The notes under the pieces were generated by a model. That model did no database searches and was not told the DNA's origin. It saw only the letters and a program-made list of their open reading frames with translations. From NCBI RefSeq assembly GCF_039982415.1, contig NZ_JBDWYL010000006.1, positions 461,613-525,612 of the forward strand: a stretch of 64,000 nucleotides of DNA, written 5' to 3'. How positions within the stretch are numbered: position 1 is the stretch's first letter; every line of letters begins with the position of its first letter. The DNA comes from Parasphingorhabdus sp. Its GTDB lineage: Bacteria > Pseudomonadota > Alphaproteobacteria > Sphingomonadales > Sphingomonadaceae. The position numbers and the translations under genes are program-made. Of this stretch, positions 38,278-49,428 are shown piece by piece.

Positions 38278-38895
38278 TCAGTCCAATCCAACCAAAATTC
38301 CCGCATCCGGATCGGTCAAACTTTGTTCCACGTGGAACATTTTTTGCCGTTTTGGCGATAGACCCTTTAACTCCTTTACCGCATTTTTGCCTTTAGGTAA
38401 GAGCCAAACTGTCTTTTCTGTGGAAAACCGGTGCGAAAGTGATAGCAATTTTTGCAACGGAGCAAAGGCCCGCGCACTAATAACATCCACTGGATGAGTT
38501 GAAACCTGTTCCAGACGAGCGCCCCAAATCTTCGCCTTGTTGGCGATCCCTAGTTTGGAGACGGCGCTTTCCAAAAATGCAATGCGCCGGTTTCGAGACT
38601 CCACCATCTCCACATGATAGTCGCTCAAGATCGCGATAATCATCCCGGGAAAGCCGGCGCCAGTGCCTAGGTCTAGCCAGATTTTGCCGGAACCCTTTGC
38701 TGGTGCATGGCTGAGCAGTTGCGCGCTATCGACGACATGGCGCGCCCAGATATGATCAGCGCTGGCCTTGGATATCAGATTTTGATGCTGCATTTCCTCA
38801 GAAAGATAAGCGAGAAAAGCGTCCAGCTGATCCCATGTTTCACGTGAAACATCGCAATAATTTTGGAGCCATATCCGGGCTTCGTCTTCCGTCAT
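38278..38895 (-). CDS. rsmG: 16S rRNA m7G527 methyltransferase
   Basis: Probable start 38895; RHVVDS, DLGTGAGFPG, SARAFA, LPKG. Confidence 0.95.
   Translation of the reverse strand: MTEDEARIWLQNYCDVSRETWDQLDAFLAYLSEEMQHQNLISKASADHIWARHVVDSAQLLSHAPAKGSGKIWLDLGTGAGFPGMIIAILSDYHVEMVESRNRRIAFLESAVSKLGIANKAKIWGARLEQVSTHPVDVISARAFAPLQKLLSLSHRFSTEKTVWLLPKGKNAVKELKGLSPKRQKMFHVEQSLTDPDAGILVGLD
38324..38339. other. parS site TGTTCCACGTGGAACA (inside rsmG)
   Basis: Perfect 16-bp palindrome matching the parS consensus. Confidence 0.9.
38836..38851. other. parS site TGTTTCACGTGAAACA (inside rsmG)
   Basis: Perfect 16-bp palindrome, 18 bp with flanking A/T. Confidence 0.93.
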
Positions 38896-38902
38896 ATCCC
38901 CG

Positions 38903-40768
38903 TCACGCAGCCATGGACTTGGCTTCTCGCCGGCGCGCATGGACCAATATCGCAGCTAAGGCAGCTGGCGTAATTCCCCGCACACGAGACGCTGCTGCCA
39001 ATGTTTGCGGGCGTGCCGCATTAAGCCGCTCAACCATTTCATTGGATAAACCGGCGATAGCCGCATAATTGAGATCATCTCCCAATTTGATCAATTCATT
39101 GGCCCGCAAATCTTTCAATTCCGATTCTTGCCGTTGGAGATAAGGCGCATAGCGCGCATCTTCTTCTACTTCTTCTAAGAGATGAGTCTCCATCTTATCC
39201 AGCGACAAGCCCAAGCCCGCGAGAGAAGGCAGCGAAATATTCGGGAAACGTAACCAATCAAAAAGCGATTGTTTCGTTCCATCTCTACGGACATCGAGAC
39301 CCTGTTGAATTAAATCTTCGCAGCTATGGACAGCCTCTAATTGCGACAATAGTCGCGCGCGCTGTGTTTCCCGGTTCACAAACCATGCCCGCCTTGTTTT
39401 ACCTAGGCATCCTAATCTCTCGGCAATGGGGCTTAACCGCGTGGTTGCATTGTCGGCCCGCAATCGCAATCGATATTCCGCGCGCGCGGTGAGCATTCTA
39501 TAAGGTTCGGTGACCCCTTGCAGGACCAAATCATCTATCATCACCGCCATATAGCTGGTCCCGCGATCCAATTCGGGAAAGGCTTTGTCCTGAATTGCGC
39601 AGGCCGCGCCTATGCCGGCAACGAGCCCTTGTGCAGCCGCTTCTTCATATCCGGTGGTGCCATTAATCTGTCCCGCACAATACAGACCTTCCAGATCTCT
39701 GACTTTCAGCGATCTGTCGAGAGCTCGCGGATCAATATGGTCATATTCCACAGCATAGCCCGGTACGATTATTTCGGCTTCAGACAAGCCTTGCATTGTC
39801 CGCACAAAGGCAAGCTGCACGTCGGCGGGCAGTGATGTGCTGATACCATTGGGGTAGACAAGCTGTGTATCCAGCCCTTCCGGCTCCAAAAAGACCTGGT
39901 GGGAATCGCGATCGGCAAAGCGGTGAATCTTATCTTCAATGGAAGGGCAATAGCGCGGTCCTTGCGCATCTATAGCGCCGCTAAATAAAGGCGATCGGTC
40001 GAGATTATCCCGAATAATGTCATGTGTCGCCGGCGTTGTTCTGCTCACGGCGCAAAATATCTGGGGTATTTCTCGCCGGGATGACATCGGCGACATGGTC
40101 CAATCATCGCTATCTGAAGGCTGTTCTGGCAAAGCCGACCAATTGATGGTGCGCCCGTCAATCCGCGGCGGCGTGCCTGTTTTCAATCGCGCAATGGGCA
40201 AGGCCGCATCGCGTATTTGTTGGCCCAGAGAAACCGCGCTGGCTTCGCCGGTTCGGCCTCCCGCTACAGTCTCTTCGCCGCGAAATAATTTGCCGTTTAA
40301 AAAGGTCCCGGTCGCCAAAATGACGGCGGCGGCTCTAATCTCGACATTGTCTGCCAGTCTTATCCCGCGGACGGTTTGATCGTCCAAGATTAGCGACGCC
40401 ACTTCGCCTTCAACTATGGTGAGAGATTCTTGGGCGTCGAGCATCTGGTGAATCGCAGCTTTATAGAGCTTGCGATCCGCTTGCACCCGAGGCCCTTGCA
40501 CCGCTGCGCCTTTGGAAAGATTCAGCATTCGATAATGGATTGCCGCAGCATCCGCAGCCCGCCCAATTAGACCGTCAAAAGCATCAACTTCTCGCACCAA
40601 ATGGCCTTTTCCCAATCCTCCAATGGCTGGATTGCAGGACATGGCACCAATGCCGTCTTTGGTGAAACTCACCAAAGCGGTGTTCACACCCATGCGCGCG
40701 GCGACCGCGGCTGCTTCGCAACCGGCATGCCCGCCTCCGACAACAATAAGATCAAATTCCTGATTCAT
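38903..40768 (-). CDS. mnmG: tRNA uridine-5-carboxymethylaminomethyl modification enzyme MnmG (GidA)
   Basis: Probable start 40768; [40 protein letters not shown]. Confidence 0.97.
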   Translation of the reverse strand: MNQEFDLIVVGGGHAGCEAAAVAARMGVNTALVSFTKDGIGAMSCNPAIGGLGKGHLVREVDAFDGLIGRAADAAAIHYRMLNLSKGAAVQGPRVQADRKLYKAAIHQMLDAQESLTIVEGEVASLILDDQTVRGIRLADNVEIRAAAVILATGTFLNGKLFRGEETVAGGRTGEASAVSLGQQIRDAALPIARLKTGTPPRIDGRTINWSALPEQPSDSDDWTMSPMSSRREIPQIFCAVSRTTPATHDIIRDNLDRSPLFSGAIDAQGPRYCPSIEDKIHRFADRDSHQVFLEPEGLDTQLVYPNGISTSLPADVQLAFVRTMQGLSEAEIIVPGYAVEYDHIDPRALDRSLKVRDLEGLYCAGQINGTTGYEEAAAQGLVAGIGAACAIQDKAFPELDRGTSYMAVMIDDLVLQGVTEPYRMLTARAEYRLRLRADNATTRLSPIAERLGCLGKTRRAWFVNRETQRARLLSQLEAVHSCEDLIQQGLDVRRDGTKQSLFDWLRFPNISLPSLAGLGLSLDKMETHLLEEVEEDARYAPYLQRQESELKDLRANELIKLGDDLNYAAIAGLSNEMVERLNAARPQTLAAASRVRGITPAALAAILVHARRREAKSMAA

Positions 40769-40825
40769 GCTGCGCCCATAGCCGAAGCGGTGTTTCAGGT
40801 CAAAAACATCGCGATGCAATAAATC

Positions 40826-40841
40826 TGTTCCACGTGGAACA
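40826..40841. other. parS site TGTTCCACGTGGAACA (mnmE-mnmG intergenic)
   Basis: Perfect 16-bp palindrome 3 nt beyond the mnmE stop. Confidence 0.92.
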
Positions 40842-40844
40842 ACC

Positions 40845-42140
40845 TTATTTTCCAATGCAAAATTTGCCGAACAAGCCGTCTAACATATCTTCTGTGCTGG
40901 CACGGCCCGTCAAACCATCCAGAGCCACCCGGGCAAGGCGTAATTGCTCCGCTATGATCAGATAATCGGCTTGCCCGGCAATTTGCTGCAAACTGTCATA
41001 AGCTATATGTAAATGATCAGCTTGGCGCTGATTGACGCTCATCTCGTCGGCGCTCGGAATAATTGCTTTTGCCCGTTCCATCAACAAAGCCACCAACTCG
41101 TCCATACCGGCGCCAGAAACCGGAGACACGGTCAGTATACCGAGGGATTTCGCTTGATATTCCGGATGGTCCTTACGCGACGCCAATTCAATCAGCTTAT
41201 GCCCAGAAGGCCCCTCGCCTTCTGGGCCCAGCCATAAAATAATATCGGCTGTTTCCAATTGCTGATGTGCGCGGTCGATCCCAATCCGCTCTATCTCTTC
41301 TGCATCTTCCGTTCTAATGCCGGCCGTATCGACAAACAAAAAGGCAATGCCGCCGAGCGCAACTGGCACTTCAATAACATCCCGGGTCGTTCCAGCGATT
41401 GCCGAAACAATCGCCGCCTCTCGATCGACCAGAGCATTGAGCAAGGTTGATTTGCCACTATTGGGCGGTCCCCCCAAAACAACCCGAACGCCATCGCGTA
41501 ATTTTTCGGCCCGCGGCCGCTGAACTATTTCGTCAATATCAGCGCAAAGCGCAGCAACGGACGATTGCAACCCTTCCCAATGCGCTGGAGATACATCATC
41601 TTCATCGGAAAAATCCAATTCTGCTTCCACCGTTGCGGACAGTTGCAATATTTTATTCTGCCAATTTTCCACTTGCCGGGACAAGATACCGCCAGCCCTT
41701 TGCACTGCAGAGCGGCGTTGCAATTCTGTTTCCGCAAAGAGCAGATCTGACAAACCCTCCGCTTCTGCAAGATCCATCCGCCCATGAGCAAAAGCTCTAC
41801 GCGTAAATTCGCCTGGTTCAGCGGAACGCAGCCCATTTATTTGCAACAGACATTCCTGAATCGCGCGAACAACGGCCCGGCCGCCATGACTGTGTATTTC
41901 GACCAGATCTTCTCCGGTGGCAGTGTGCGGTCCGGGAAACCATAGAATCAAGGCAGAATCCAAGAGATCACCGCTATCCGGATCGCTTAATTTTGCCAGA
42001 CTCGCGCGGCGCGGCGACGGCAAATATCCTGCCAGTTGCTTTAACGCCTGAGAGGCTTGCGGACCGCTTATCCGGATAACAGCAATCGCAGCCGGTGGTT
42101 GCCCACTCGACAACGCAAAGATGGTATCACTGCTGGACAC
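40845..42140 (-). CDS. mnmE: tRNA modification GTPase MnmE (TrmE)
   Basis: [30 protein letters not shown]-terminal FCIGK. Confidence 0.97.
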   Translation of the reverse strand: MSSSDTIFALSSGQPPAAIAVIRISGPQASQALKQLAGYLPSPRRASLAKLSDPDSGDLLDSALILWFPGPHTATGEDLVEIHSHGGRAVVRAIQECLLQINGLRSAEPGEFTRRAFAHGRMDLAEAEGLSDLLFAETELQRRSAVQRAGGILSRQVENWQNKILQLSATVEAELDFSDEDDVSPAHWEGLQSSVAALCADIDEIVQRPRAEKLRDGVRVVLGGPPNSGKSTLLNALVDREAAIVSAIAGTTRDVIEVPVALGGIAFLFVDTAGIRTEDAEEIERIGIDRAHQQLETADIILWLGPEGEGPSGHKLIELASRKDHPEYQAKSLGILTVSPVSGAGMDELVALLMERAKAIIPSADEMSVNQRQADHLHIAYDSLQQIAGQADYLIIAEQLRLARVALDGLTGRASTEDMLDGLFGKFCIGK

Positions 42141-42157
42141 TAGTATCTATCTGATTT

Positions 42158-42421
42158 TTAGTCTTTTTTCTTGGATGAGGAGCTTTTTCCATTGCTACCG
42201 CTCATCGCCCCGCCGAGAAAAGAGGAAAACATTTTGATACCCGCTTCACCCATCGGAGCGATAATTTTTGTGAAATTTTGCAATTGTTCAACAGAACTCG
42301 CCCCTTGCAGAAATTTGGACAATTCCTTCACATAGGTTTCATTTAATTTGCCTACATCTGGCAAGCCCATCATCCGGCGGGCTTCTTCGGGTGTACAATC
42401 CAATTCTACGGTGACTTTCAT
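42158..42421 (-). CDS. DUF6489-like small protein
   Basis: MKVTVELDCTPEEARRMMGLPDV N-terminus. Confidence 0.7.
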   Translation of the reverse strand: MKVTVELDCTPEEARRMMGLPDVGKLNETYVKELSKFLQGASSVEQLQNFTKIIAPMGEAGIKMFSSFLGGAMSGSNGKSSSSKKKD

Positions 42422-42556
42422 TATTGCTTCCTCTTTTGCCTATCGTTGAAGCGAAGTTCCCCTCTCACCGCAACAATTGATCTTCCGCCTTGCCTGAACA
42501 GGATATGGGGATAATGTGCACCATTAATCAAGTCATGATGCAAAGGAGTTTTCAAA

Positions 42557-43255
42557 ATGGGTGTGTTGGAACTGGTTAAAACAGGCAGCGGCGCAGAAGA
42601 ATTTCCCTGTTATGTAGCCGAACCGAGCGGAGAACCGCAGGCAGCGATCATTGTCATTCAGGAAATTTTTGGCGTGAACCCGGGGATTAAAGCCAAATGT
42701 GATCAATGGGCAGCAGCCGGCTATCTCGCCATCGCACCTGATCTGTTCTGGAGAATTCACGACAATACGGATCTTGATGCCGATATCCCGGATCAATTTC
42801 AGATCGCACTCGATTTAATGGGCAAATTTGATCAGGACCAAGGGATAAAAGATATCGAAGCGGCAGTCCACTATGCCCGAAGCCGTATCAATGGCGGAAA
42901 AGTCGGCAGTGTCGGCTATTGTTTAGGCGGCCGATTGGCGTTCATGACCGCGGCGCGGACGGATATAAACGCGTCCGTTGGCTATTATGGTGTGGGCATA
43001 GACGGCTTGTTGGATGAAAAAAACGCAATAACAAAGAATGTTATGCTGCATATTCCCACTGCCGATGGTTTTGTTCCCGCTGATGCGCAAGCCGCCATGC
43101 ATGCAGGCCTTGATGACCATCCCAAAGTGACTTTGCATGATTATGACGGCCTGGATCATGGTTTTGCTGCTGAATTTGGCGTACGCCGCGATGAAGCAGC
43201 CGCCAATTTGGCTGACCGACGGACCACTGAGTTTTTCAAGGAGCATTTGGCATGA
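42557..43255 (+). CDS. Dienelactone hydrolase family protein
   Basis: QEIFGVN, GYCLGG, YYG, DHGF. Confidence 0.9.
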   Translation: MGVLELVKTGSGAEEFPCYVAEPSGEPQAAIIVIQEIFGVNPGIKAKCDQWAAAGYLAIAPDLFWRIHDNTDLDADIPDQFQIALDLMGKFDQDQGIKDIEAAVHYARSRINGGKVGSVGYCLGGRLAFMTAARTDINASVGYYGVGIDGLLDEKNAITKNVMLHIPTADGFVPADAQAAMHAGLDDHPKVTLHDYDGLDHGFAAEFGVRRDEAAANLADRRTTEFFKEHLA

Positions 43256-43653
43256 GCACCCGGAACAATCTGAAAGTTTGGCACGCCCGGATGGTTGATA
43301 AAAGCGAATCCGCGCTCAGCGCGCAACTCGCTGACGATGCTGTCTTCCACTCCCCTGTCGTACATACACCGCAAGCAGGCAAACCCATTGTTATGGCTTA
43401 TTTGCTAGCGGCTGATAATGTTCTGGGCAATGATAGCTTTCGCTATGTGCGCGAGATTGTCGATGATCAAGCCAATATGGCGATGCTGGAATTTGAGCTC
43501 GAACTGGATGACATTAAGGTCAATGGCGTTGATATTATTGCGTGGAATGATGACGGCCTGATTCAGGATTTTAAAGTCATGGTTCGCCCGCTGAAGGCAA
43601 TTAACAAAGTCTGGGATGAAATGGGCAAAATGCTGGAAAAGATGAAGGGGTAA
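43252..43653 (+). CDS. NTF2/SnoaL-like protein
   Basis: LADDAVFHSPVVH, NGVDII, FKVMVRPL; ATGA overlap with the upstream gene. Confidence 0.8.
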   Translation: MSTRNNLKVWHARMVDKSESALSAQLADDAVFHSPVVHTPQAGKPIVMAYLLAADNVLGNDSFRYVREIVDDQANMAMLEFELELDDIKVNGVDIIAWNDDGLIQDFKVMVRPLKAINKVWDEMGKMLEKMKG

Positions 43654-43738
43654 CTCAGCGCGGACATTGGGCGCGCCTTTTCTTAGCAGATCCGTAAGCG
43701 CGTCGTTTCCATAGAGAGCGTTTTTACCGCTCAGAACC

Positions 43739-44467
43739 TTAGAAAAATGTAATTAAGCCAATGGTTTGTGAGTCGCCGAACCAACCTGTGTAAATCATCT
43801 TACCAGCAACATAGACGATGACCGCCAGCCCAAGATAAGCAATCCATTTATAGCGTTCGATATATTTTGCGATCACATTAGCCGCGAGACCCATTAGTGC
43901 AACCGACAAGAGCAAACCGACGATTAATATGCCGGGATGATCGCGGGCTGCGCCAGCAACGCCTAGGACATTGTCGAGGCTCATTGAAACATCTGCGGCT
44001 GTCACCGCCCAAACAGCGCCCCAGAAGCTTTTTTGCGGCTTAACCCCGCTATGTTCGTCACCTTCAATTTCCGGTGAACCGGCTGACTCCCCTTCATGGA
44101 AAATCTCACGGTAGAAATTCCAAGCGACCCACAGCAGGAGCAAACCACCGGCCAAAACCAAGCCAACAATTTGTAACAACTGAACAACGATCAGCGCGAA
44201 AACAATCCGCAGCAACAATGCAGCGCCAATTCCAATTAAAATCACCTTGCGGCGTTGATCCGGCGGTAAACCGCCCGCCAGCGCTCCGACGACAATCGCG
44301 TTATCGGCCGCAAAAACGAGATCAATCAATATCACCTGACCGAAGGCCGCTAAGGCCTGTGGTGTTCCGATATTGGAAAAATCATGCACAATTGCTGCCC
44401 ACATTTCGGACAAGGATCCAAGACCAGCGGGCGCAGCGGCGGATAAAAAGGAAAGAATATCAATCAT
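43739..44467 (-). CDS. TerC/YjbE-family integral membrane protein
   Basis: IDLVFAADNA, ADVSMSLDNVLGVAG, several TM helices. Confidence 0.88.
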   Translation of the reverse strand: MIDILSFLSAAAPAGLGSLSEMWAAIVHDFSNIGTPQALAAFGQVILIDLVFAADNAIVVGALAGGLPPDQRRKVILIGIGAALLLRIVFALIVVQLLQIVGLVLAGGLLLLWVAWNFYREIFHEGESAGSPEIEGDEHSGVKPQKSFWGAVWAVTAADVSMSLDNVLGVAGAARDHPGILIVGLLLSVALMGLAANVIAKYIERYKWIAYLGLAVIVYVAGKMIYTGWFGDSQTIGLITFF

Positions 44468-44763
44468 GAAAAAATCGAAGGTCCAAAATAGCTTACGGTC
44501 GGCATAGGGTCATAAAAGTCATGAAGCAAGGCACGCCATTCTTGATATTCAGGGGATTTGCGAAACCCGTCTCGATGGGATTCAATATTGTCCCATTTGA
44601 CCAGCAATAGAAAATGATCTGGCCGATCTCCGGCAGGCCGCACTGCAATTGATTGAAAACCCGGTTGCACAGCGATAAGCGGTTTTGCCTTATTCATGGC
44701 TGCGACAAACTGGTCGGATTGACCGGTTTTAACTTGCAACAAAGCATGTTCAATTATCATCAC
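44464..44763 (-). CDS. Antibiotic-biosynthesis-monooxygenase (ABM) family protein
   Basis: 99 aa; QPGF, LLLVKWDNIESHRDGFRKS. Confidence 0.8.
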   Translation of the reverse strand: MMIIEHALLQVKTGQSDQFVAAMNKAKPLIAVQPGFQSIAVRPAGDRPDHFLLLVKWDNIESHRDGFRKSPEYQEWRALLHDFYDPMPTVSYFGPSIFS

Positions 44764-44778
44764 GGTGCCCCGGACAAT

Positions 44779-46035
44779 TTACTGATTCATGCTATCGAAG
44801 AAATCGTCATTCGCTTTGCTATCTTTCATCTTGTCGAGCAAGAATTCCATCGCGTCGATTGTGCCCATTTGCATCAAGATACGGCGCAGCACCCACATTT
44901 TCTTGAGCTTGTCATCTTCGACCAGCAATTCTTCCTTACGGGTACCGGATTTGCCAACATCCAGCGCCGGGAAGATCCGCTTGTCGGCAACTTTACGGTC
45001 CAGCACAATTTCTGAGTTGCCGGTGCCTTTAAACTCTTCAAAGATAACCTCATCCATCCGGCTACCTGTGTCGATCAGCGCTGTTGCAATGATGGAAAGC
45101 GAGCCGCCTTCTTCAATGTTACGCGCAGCACCAAAAAAGCGTTTCGGTCGTTGTAAAGCATTGGCGTCAACACCGCCGGTCAAAACCTTACCGGAGCTTG
45201 GCACAACGGTATTATACGCGCGGCCAAGACGCGTGATAGAGTCTAGTAGGATGACCACATCATGTTTATGTTCGACGAGCCGTTTGGCTTTTTCAATAAC
45301 CATTTCAGCTACTTGTACATGGCGAGTGGCGGGTTCATCAAAGGTCGAACTAATCACTTCGCCCTTAACCGAGCGTTGCATGTCTGTGACTTCTTCAGGC
45401 CGTTCATCGATAAGCAGCACGAGCAGATACACTTCAGGATGATTATCGGTAATAGCTTTGGCGATATTTTGCAGCAACACGGTTTTACCTGTCCGTGGCG
45501 GAGCTACGATCAAAGCGCGCTGGCCCTTGCCTTGCGGTGAAATAATATCAATGACGCGAGCAGACTTGTCTTTAACCGTAGGATCAAGACTATCCAATGT
45601 CAGTTTTGAATCCGGATAAAGCGGGGTGAGATTATCAAAATTCACCCGGTGACGGACCGCATCCGGTTCATCAAAATTGATTGCAGTAAGTTTGGTCAGC
45701 GCAAAATAGCGTTCGCCATCACGCGGCGCGCGAATTTCGCCTTCCACCGTATCACCGGTGCGCAGGCCGAATTTACGAACCTGGTTTGGCGAGACATAAA
45801 TATCATCAGGCCCCGCCAGATAATTGGCTTCTGGCGAACGCAAAAAGCCAAAACCATCGGGCAGCACTTCAATCGTGCCAAGACCCATGATCAGTTCGTC
45901 TTGATCAGCCAGTTCTTTGAGAATGGCGAACATCAAATCTTGTTTGCGCAAGGTTGATGCGCCTTCGACACCCAATTTTTCGGCCATTGAGACCAGATCA
46001 GCAGGTGATTTTTCTTTTAATTCTTTTAAATGCAT
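44779..46035 (-). CDS. rho: Transcription termination factor Rho
   Basis: 418 aa; [32 protein letters not shown]. Confidence 0.98.
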   Translation of the reverse strand: MHLKELKEKSPADLVSMAEKLGVEGASTLRKQDLMFAILKELADQDELIMGLGTIEVLPDGFGFLRSPEANYLAGPDDIYVSPNQVRKFGLRTGDTVEGEIRAPRDGERYFALTKLTAINFDEPDAVRHRVNFDNLTPLYPDSKLTLDSLDPTVKDKSARVIDIISPQGKGQRALIVAPPRTGKTVLLQNIAKAITDNHPEVYLLVLLIDERPEEVTDMQRSVKGEVISSTFDEPATRHVQVAEMVIEKAKRLVEHKHDVVILLDSITRLGRAYNTVVPSSGKVLTGGVDANALQRPKRFFGAARNIEEGGSLSIIATALIDTGSRMDEVIFEEFKGTGNSEIVLDRKVADKRIFPALDVGKSGTRKEELLVEDDKLKKMWVLRRILMQMGTIDAMEFLLDKMKDSKANDDFFDSMNQ

Positions 46036-46201
46036 GGAGTTTTATCCAAAAATATCAGGAAGTTATTTTGTTTTTGCATGTGTGCAGCATATCGGCTGTC
46101 AAATTTTCACATGGAATGTCGCCCGGACGGGCTTTGAGCGTCAATTACGCCTTTGCCGTGATGCTGTCAACAAGAGCTGAATGGGAACAGGCAATGCAAA
46201 T

Positions 46202-46645
46202 TTAAAACGGTTTCACAATCACCAAAATCACAATGATCGCTGCGGTAATGCCGGGCACTTCATTCACCAGTCGCAGCTTTTTATCGGACAAATTCCGTTC
46301 ACCCCGCGCCAGCTTTTTGGTATAGCCCATCATCCAGCCGTGATAGCCGGACAACAATAACACCACGAGCAATTTGGCGTGAAACCAACCCTGGCTAAAT
46401 GCGTCAATCTCATAAGCAAGAAACAATCCGACGGCCCAGACAATGATCAACGATGGGTTGAGGATTATCTTGCGCAATTTTCCTTCGCGCTCAATCCATT
46501 TGCCATCTTCTTCCGAACCCACAGCAGATTCTTGATGATAGACAAAGAAACGCGGCATCATGAACAGGCCAGCCATCCAGAAGATAACAAAGATGAGATG
46601 CGCGGATTTTAACCAGAGATAGAGCATAGAGATTATTTCATTCAT
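46202..46645 (-). CDS. hemJ: Protoporphyrinogen oxidase HemJ
   Basis: HLIFVIFWMAGL, PRFFVYH, WFHAKL, NEVP. Confidence 0.92.
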   Translation of the reverse strand: MNEIISMLYLWLKSAHLIFVIFWMAGLFMMPRFFVYHQESAVGSEEDGKWIEREGKLRKIILNPSLIIVWAVGLFLAYEIDAFSQGWFHAKLLVVLLLSGYHGWMMGYTKKLARGERNLSDKKLRLVNEVPGITAAIIVILVIVKPF

Positions 46646-47676
46646 TGCCGGACAAGTGTAAGCAGCTTTTCGACATGTTCAATGGGTGTATCGGGTAAAA
46701 TTCCGTGACCCAGGTTAAAAATATGCGGCCGATCTTCAAAGACTTGCAGGATGTGACGCACTGAATTTTCCAGCGCTTCTCCGCCAGCAATCAAGGCTAA
46801 GGGATCAAGATTGCCTTGCAACGGAATATCCGCCGGCAAATTGTCATGCGCCCAAAATGGGTCAACCGTTTCATCAAGGCCAATCGCATCCGCTCCGGTT
46901 TCTCTCGCATAAGCAACCAATTTTGCACCGGCGCCTTTGGGAAATCCGATTATCGGCAGATCCGGATGGACCGCTTTTATTCGTGCGATAATTTCAGCAT
47001 TGGGTGCAATCACCCATTTTTCAAATTGCGCGGGAGAAAGCGTTCCGGCCCAGCTGTCAAACAATTGAATCGCATCAACCCCGGCGTCTATCTGACCGAG
47101 CAAATAGGTGACGCTATGATCAATAATCGCGCGGATTAACTCTGCAAAAGCGGCTTCATCCTGATAAGCATAACGCCGAGTCACGGCCTGATCCTTACTG
47201 CCCTGCCCGTGGGTCATATAGGTCGCAACCGTCCAGGGGCTTCCAGCAAAGCCCATGAAAGTGGTTTTGTCCTCTAGCTGTGAAGCCACATTGCGCACTG
47301 TGGCATAAATAGCCTCAAAACGGGCCGGAGCCGACTCAAGAGAGGTTAAAGCTGCATCGACCAACCTTGGTGCCAGCCGGGGTCCTTCTCCCGCCTCAAA
47401 CCAAAGATCCTGTCCCATGGCATGGGGTACAATCAAAATGTCAGAAAATAATATCGCACCGTCAAAACCAAAGCGCCGGATTGGTTGAATAGTGACTTCA
47501 GCTGCACATTCCGGATCATAGCAAAGCTCTAAAAAACCACCTTTTTGAGACCGTAACTCGCGATATTCTGGCAGATATCGGCCAGCCTGGCGCATCAGCC
47601 AAACGGGAGTCTGGGTTTGTTTCTTGCCGCGCAGAGTGTTGAGCAATAATTTTGGGGATTCGATAACGTCAGGCAT
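46642..47676 (-). CDS. hemE: Uroporphyrinogen decarboxylase
   Basis: WLMRQAGRYLPEY, FSDIL, QLFDSW, NLGHG; probable ATG at 47676. Confidence 0.97.
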   Translation of the reverse strand: MPDVIESPKLLLNTLRGKKQTQTPVWLMRQAGRYLPEYRELRSQKGGFLELCYDPECAAEVTIQPIRRFGFDGAILFSDILIVPHAMGQDLWFEAGEGPRLAPRLVDAALTSLESAPARFEAIYATVRNVASQLEDKTTFMGFAGSPWTVATYMTHGQGSKDQAVTRRYAYQDEAAFAELIRAIIDHSVTYLLGQIDAGVDAIQLFDSWAGTLSPAQFEKWVIAPNAEIIARIKAVHPDLPIIGFPKGAGAKLVAYARETGADAIGLDETVDPFWAHDNLPADIPLQGNLDPLALIAGGEALENSVRHILQVFEDRPHIFNLGHGILPDTPIEHVEKLLTLVRQ

Positions 47677-47689
47677 AAGATAAGGGTCA

Positions 47690-47978
47690 CTCAATATAAT
47701 AATATAGTATATTTAAAGAATCTTGTTGGTGATAATAGCGCGTGGATAGGTGGGTTAAATGGCGTCTACCGTGTTTACAAACAGATTGACAGATGGCCGT
47801 TAACGAAAAATTTACCGATTCCCAAATTTCTTCCCCATAATCCACAATCTGTGGATGAAAACCATCAAACTGAATCCATTGTGGATAGAAATGCGGATGA
47901 TGGGGATGGATTTATCAAAGCGGAAAATCCCGAATTCATCCCTTGCTTTATCCACAATGAAATCACAGGGTTGCGGCC
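47690..47978. other. Chromosomal replication origin oriC
   Basis: hemE/PpsR intergenic region, the usual alphaproteobacterial oriC position. DnaA boxes: TTATCCACA 47948-47956 (perfect), TAATCCACA 47838-47846, TGTGGATGA 47850-47858, TGTGGATAG 47880-47888, CGTGGATAG 47741-47749. AT-rich tract 47692-47722. Confidence 0.88.
47800..47814. promoter_or_regulatory. CtrA-like box TTAA-N7-TTTA within oriC
   Basis: One mismatch to TTAA-N7-TTAA. Confidence 0.45.
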
Positions 47979-48821
47979 ATGAATAGACTGCATCTTCATA
48001 TGTTATCAGACTCGACCGGCGAGACACTTGAAAATATCGCCAAAGCCGCCCTAGCGCAATTTGATGGTGTTGAAATCATCAAACATTTTTGGCCGATGGT
48101 CCGGTCCGAGACTCATTTGAACCGAATATTAGTTGAAGTGGCGTCTAATCCGGGTTTGGTCATATTTACCCTCGTGAACAGTGATATCAGAGCCCGCCTG
48201 GAACGCGAATGCCGCCATTTGGGACTGCCGGTTGTGCCAGCGCTTGATACGGTTACTGATGCGCTGTCTAATATGCTTGGGCAAGAAGCCAAGGCCCGGC
48301 CGGGCCGCCAGCATATATTAGACGCTGCTTATTTTGAACGGGTGGAAGCGATCCAGTTCACCATTGCGCATGATGATGGTATTGGTTGGGAAAATTGGGA
48401 AGAAGCCGATATTGTTCTGGCTGGGGTGTCCCGGACTTCCAAGACTCCGACATCCATTTATCTTGCCAATCGCGGATATAAAACGGCCAATATTCCGATC
48501 GTACCAGAATCTCCGCCACCCGATGCGCTCTATCATTTGAAAAACCCGTTGGTTGTCGGTTTGGTGGCGGGCGCAAGCCGATTGGTACAAGTCCGCAGAA
48601 ACCGACTTTTGTCGCTCAATCAGGCGCCGGAAACAGATTATGTCGACGAAGAAAAAGTAAAGGCCGAAACCCAATATGCGCGGCGCATGTTTGCCGATAA
48701 TGCTTGGCCCACAATTGATGTGACTCGGCGCTCAATTGAAGAATCTGCGGCCGCCATTATCGCTTTCTATAATGAGCGCCATATTGAACAAAAAGAGAAG
48801 ACACCATCGGATGACCAATGA
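47979..48821 (+). CDS. ppsR: Pyruvate,phosphate/water dikinase regulatory kinase-pyrophosphorylase (DUF299)
   Basis: LSDSTGET, AIQFTIAHDDG, GVSRTSKTP, IDVTRRSIEE. Confidence 0.93.
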   Translation: MNRLHLHMLSDSTGETLENIAKAALAQFDGVEIIKHFWPMVRSETHLNRILVEVASNPGLVIFTLVNSDIRARLERECRHLGLPVVPALDTVTDALSNMLGQEAKARPGRQHILDAAYFERVEAIQFTIAHDDGIGWENWEEADIVLAGVSRTSKTPTSIYLANRGYKTANIPIVPESPPPDALYHLKNPLVVGLVAGASRLVQVRRNRLLSLNQAPETDYVDEEKVKAETQYARRMFADNAWPTIDVTRRSIEESAAAIIAFYNERHIEQKEKTPSDDQ

Positions 48822-49428
48822 CATGCCGGAACCCATGCTCATTTTGGCCTCGAACAGCAAAGCCCGAAAAAACATGCTACAAGCAGCCGGCGTAGTGGTT
48901 GAACCCTTGGCGCCCAATGTCGACGAAGAGGCGTTGCGGGACGGTTTGAAAGCGGATGGCGTAACCGCTCGAAATCTGGCCGATGCCTTGGCTGAAGCAA
49001 AAGCGGTGCGGCTGTCGCGCCGGATTGGACCGGCCTTGGTTCTGGGCGGTGATCAGATTCTTGCAATGGAAGATGGTTCAACCTTGGATAAGCCGAAATC
49101 CCGGGAAGAGGCCAAATCCCATTTGCAGCGCCTTTCGGGCCAGAAGCATAAATTGTTTAGCGCGGCGGTTATCGCCGATCAAGGATCACCGGTGTGGCGG
49201 CATATTGATATCGCCACTTTAACGATGCGCCGCTTGAGTGACGCCTTTATCGACCAATATGTTGAGGAAGAGTGGGACAAGATTCAACATTGTGTAGGAT
49301 GCTATGAAATTGAAGCGCGCGGTGCTCAGCTTTTTGCCGACATTAAAGGGAGTCAGTTTACAATCATGGGTTTACCATTGCTGCCATTGCTCGATTATCT
49401 GCGGATCAGAGGAATTATGACGTCATGA
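48811..49428 (+). CDS. maf: Maf-family nucleoside triphosphate pyrophosphatase
   Basis: LILASNS, VDEEALR, GGDQ, LDKP, GLPL; start is 48811 or 48823. Confidence 0.9.
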   Translation: MTNDMPEPMLILASNSKARKNMLQAAGVVVEPLAPNVDEEALRDGLKADGVTARNLADALAEAKAVRLSRRIGPALVLGGDQILAMEDGSTLDKPKSREEAKSHLQRLSGQKHKLFSAAVIADQGSPVWRHIDIATLTMRRLSDAFIDQYVEEEWDKIQHCVGCYEIEARGAQLFADIKGSQFTIMGLPLLPLLDYLRIRGIMTS

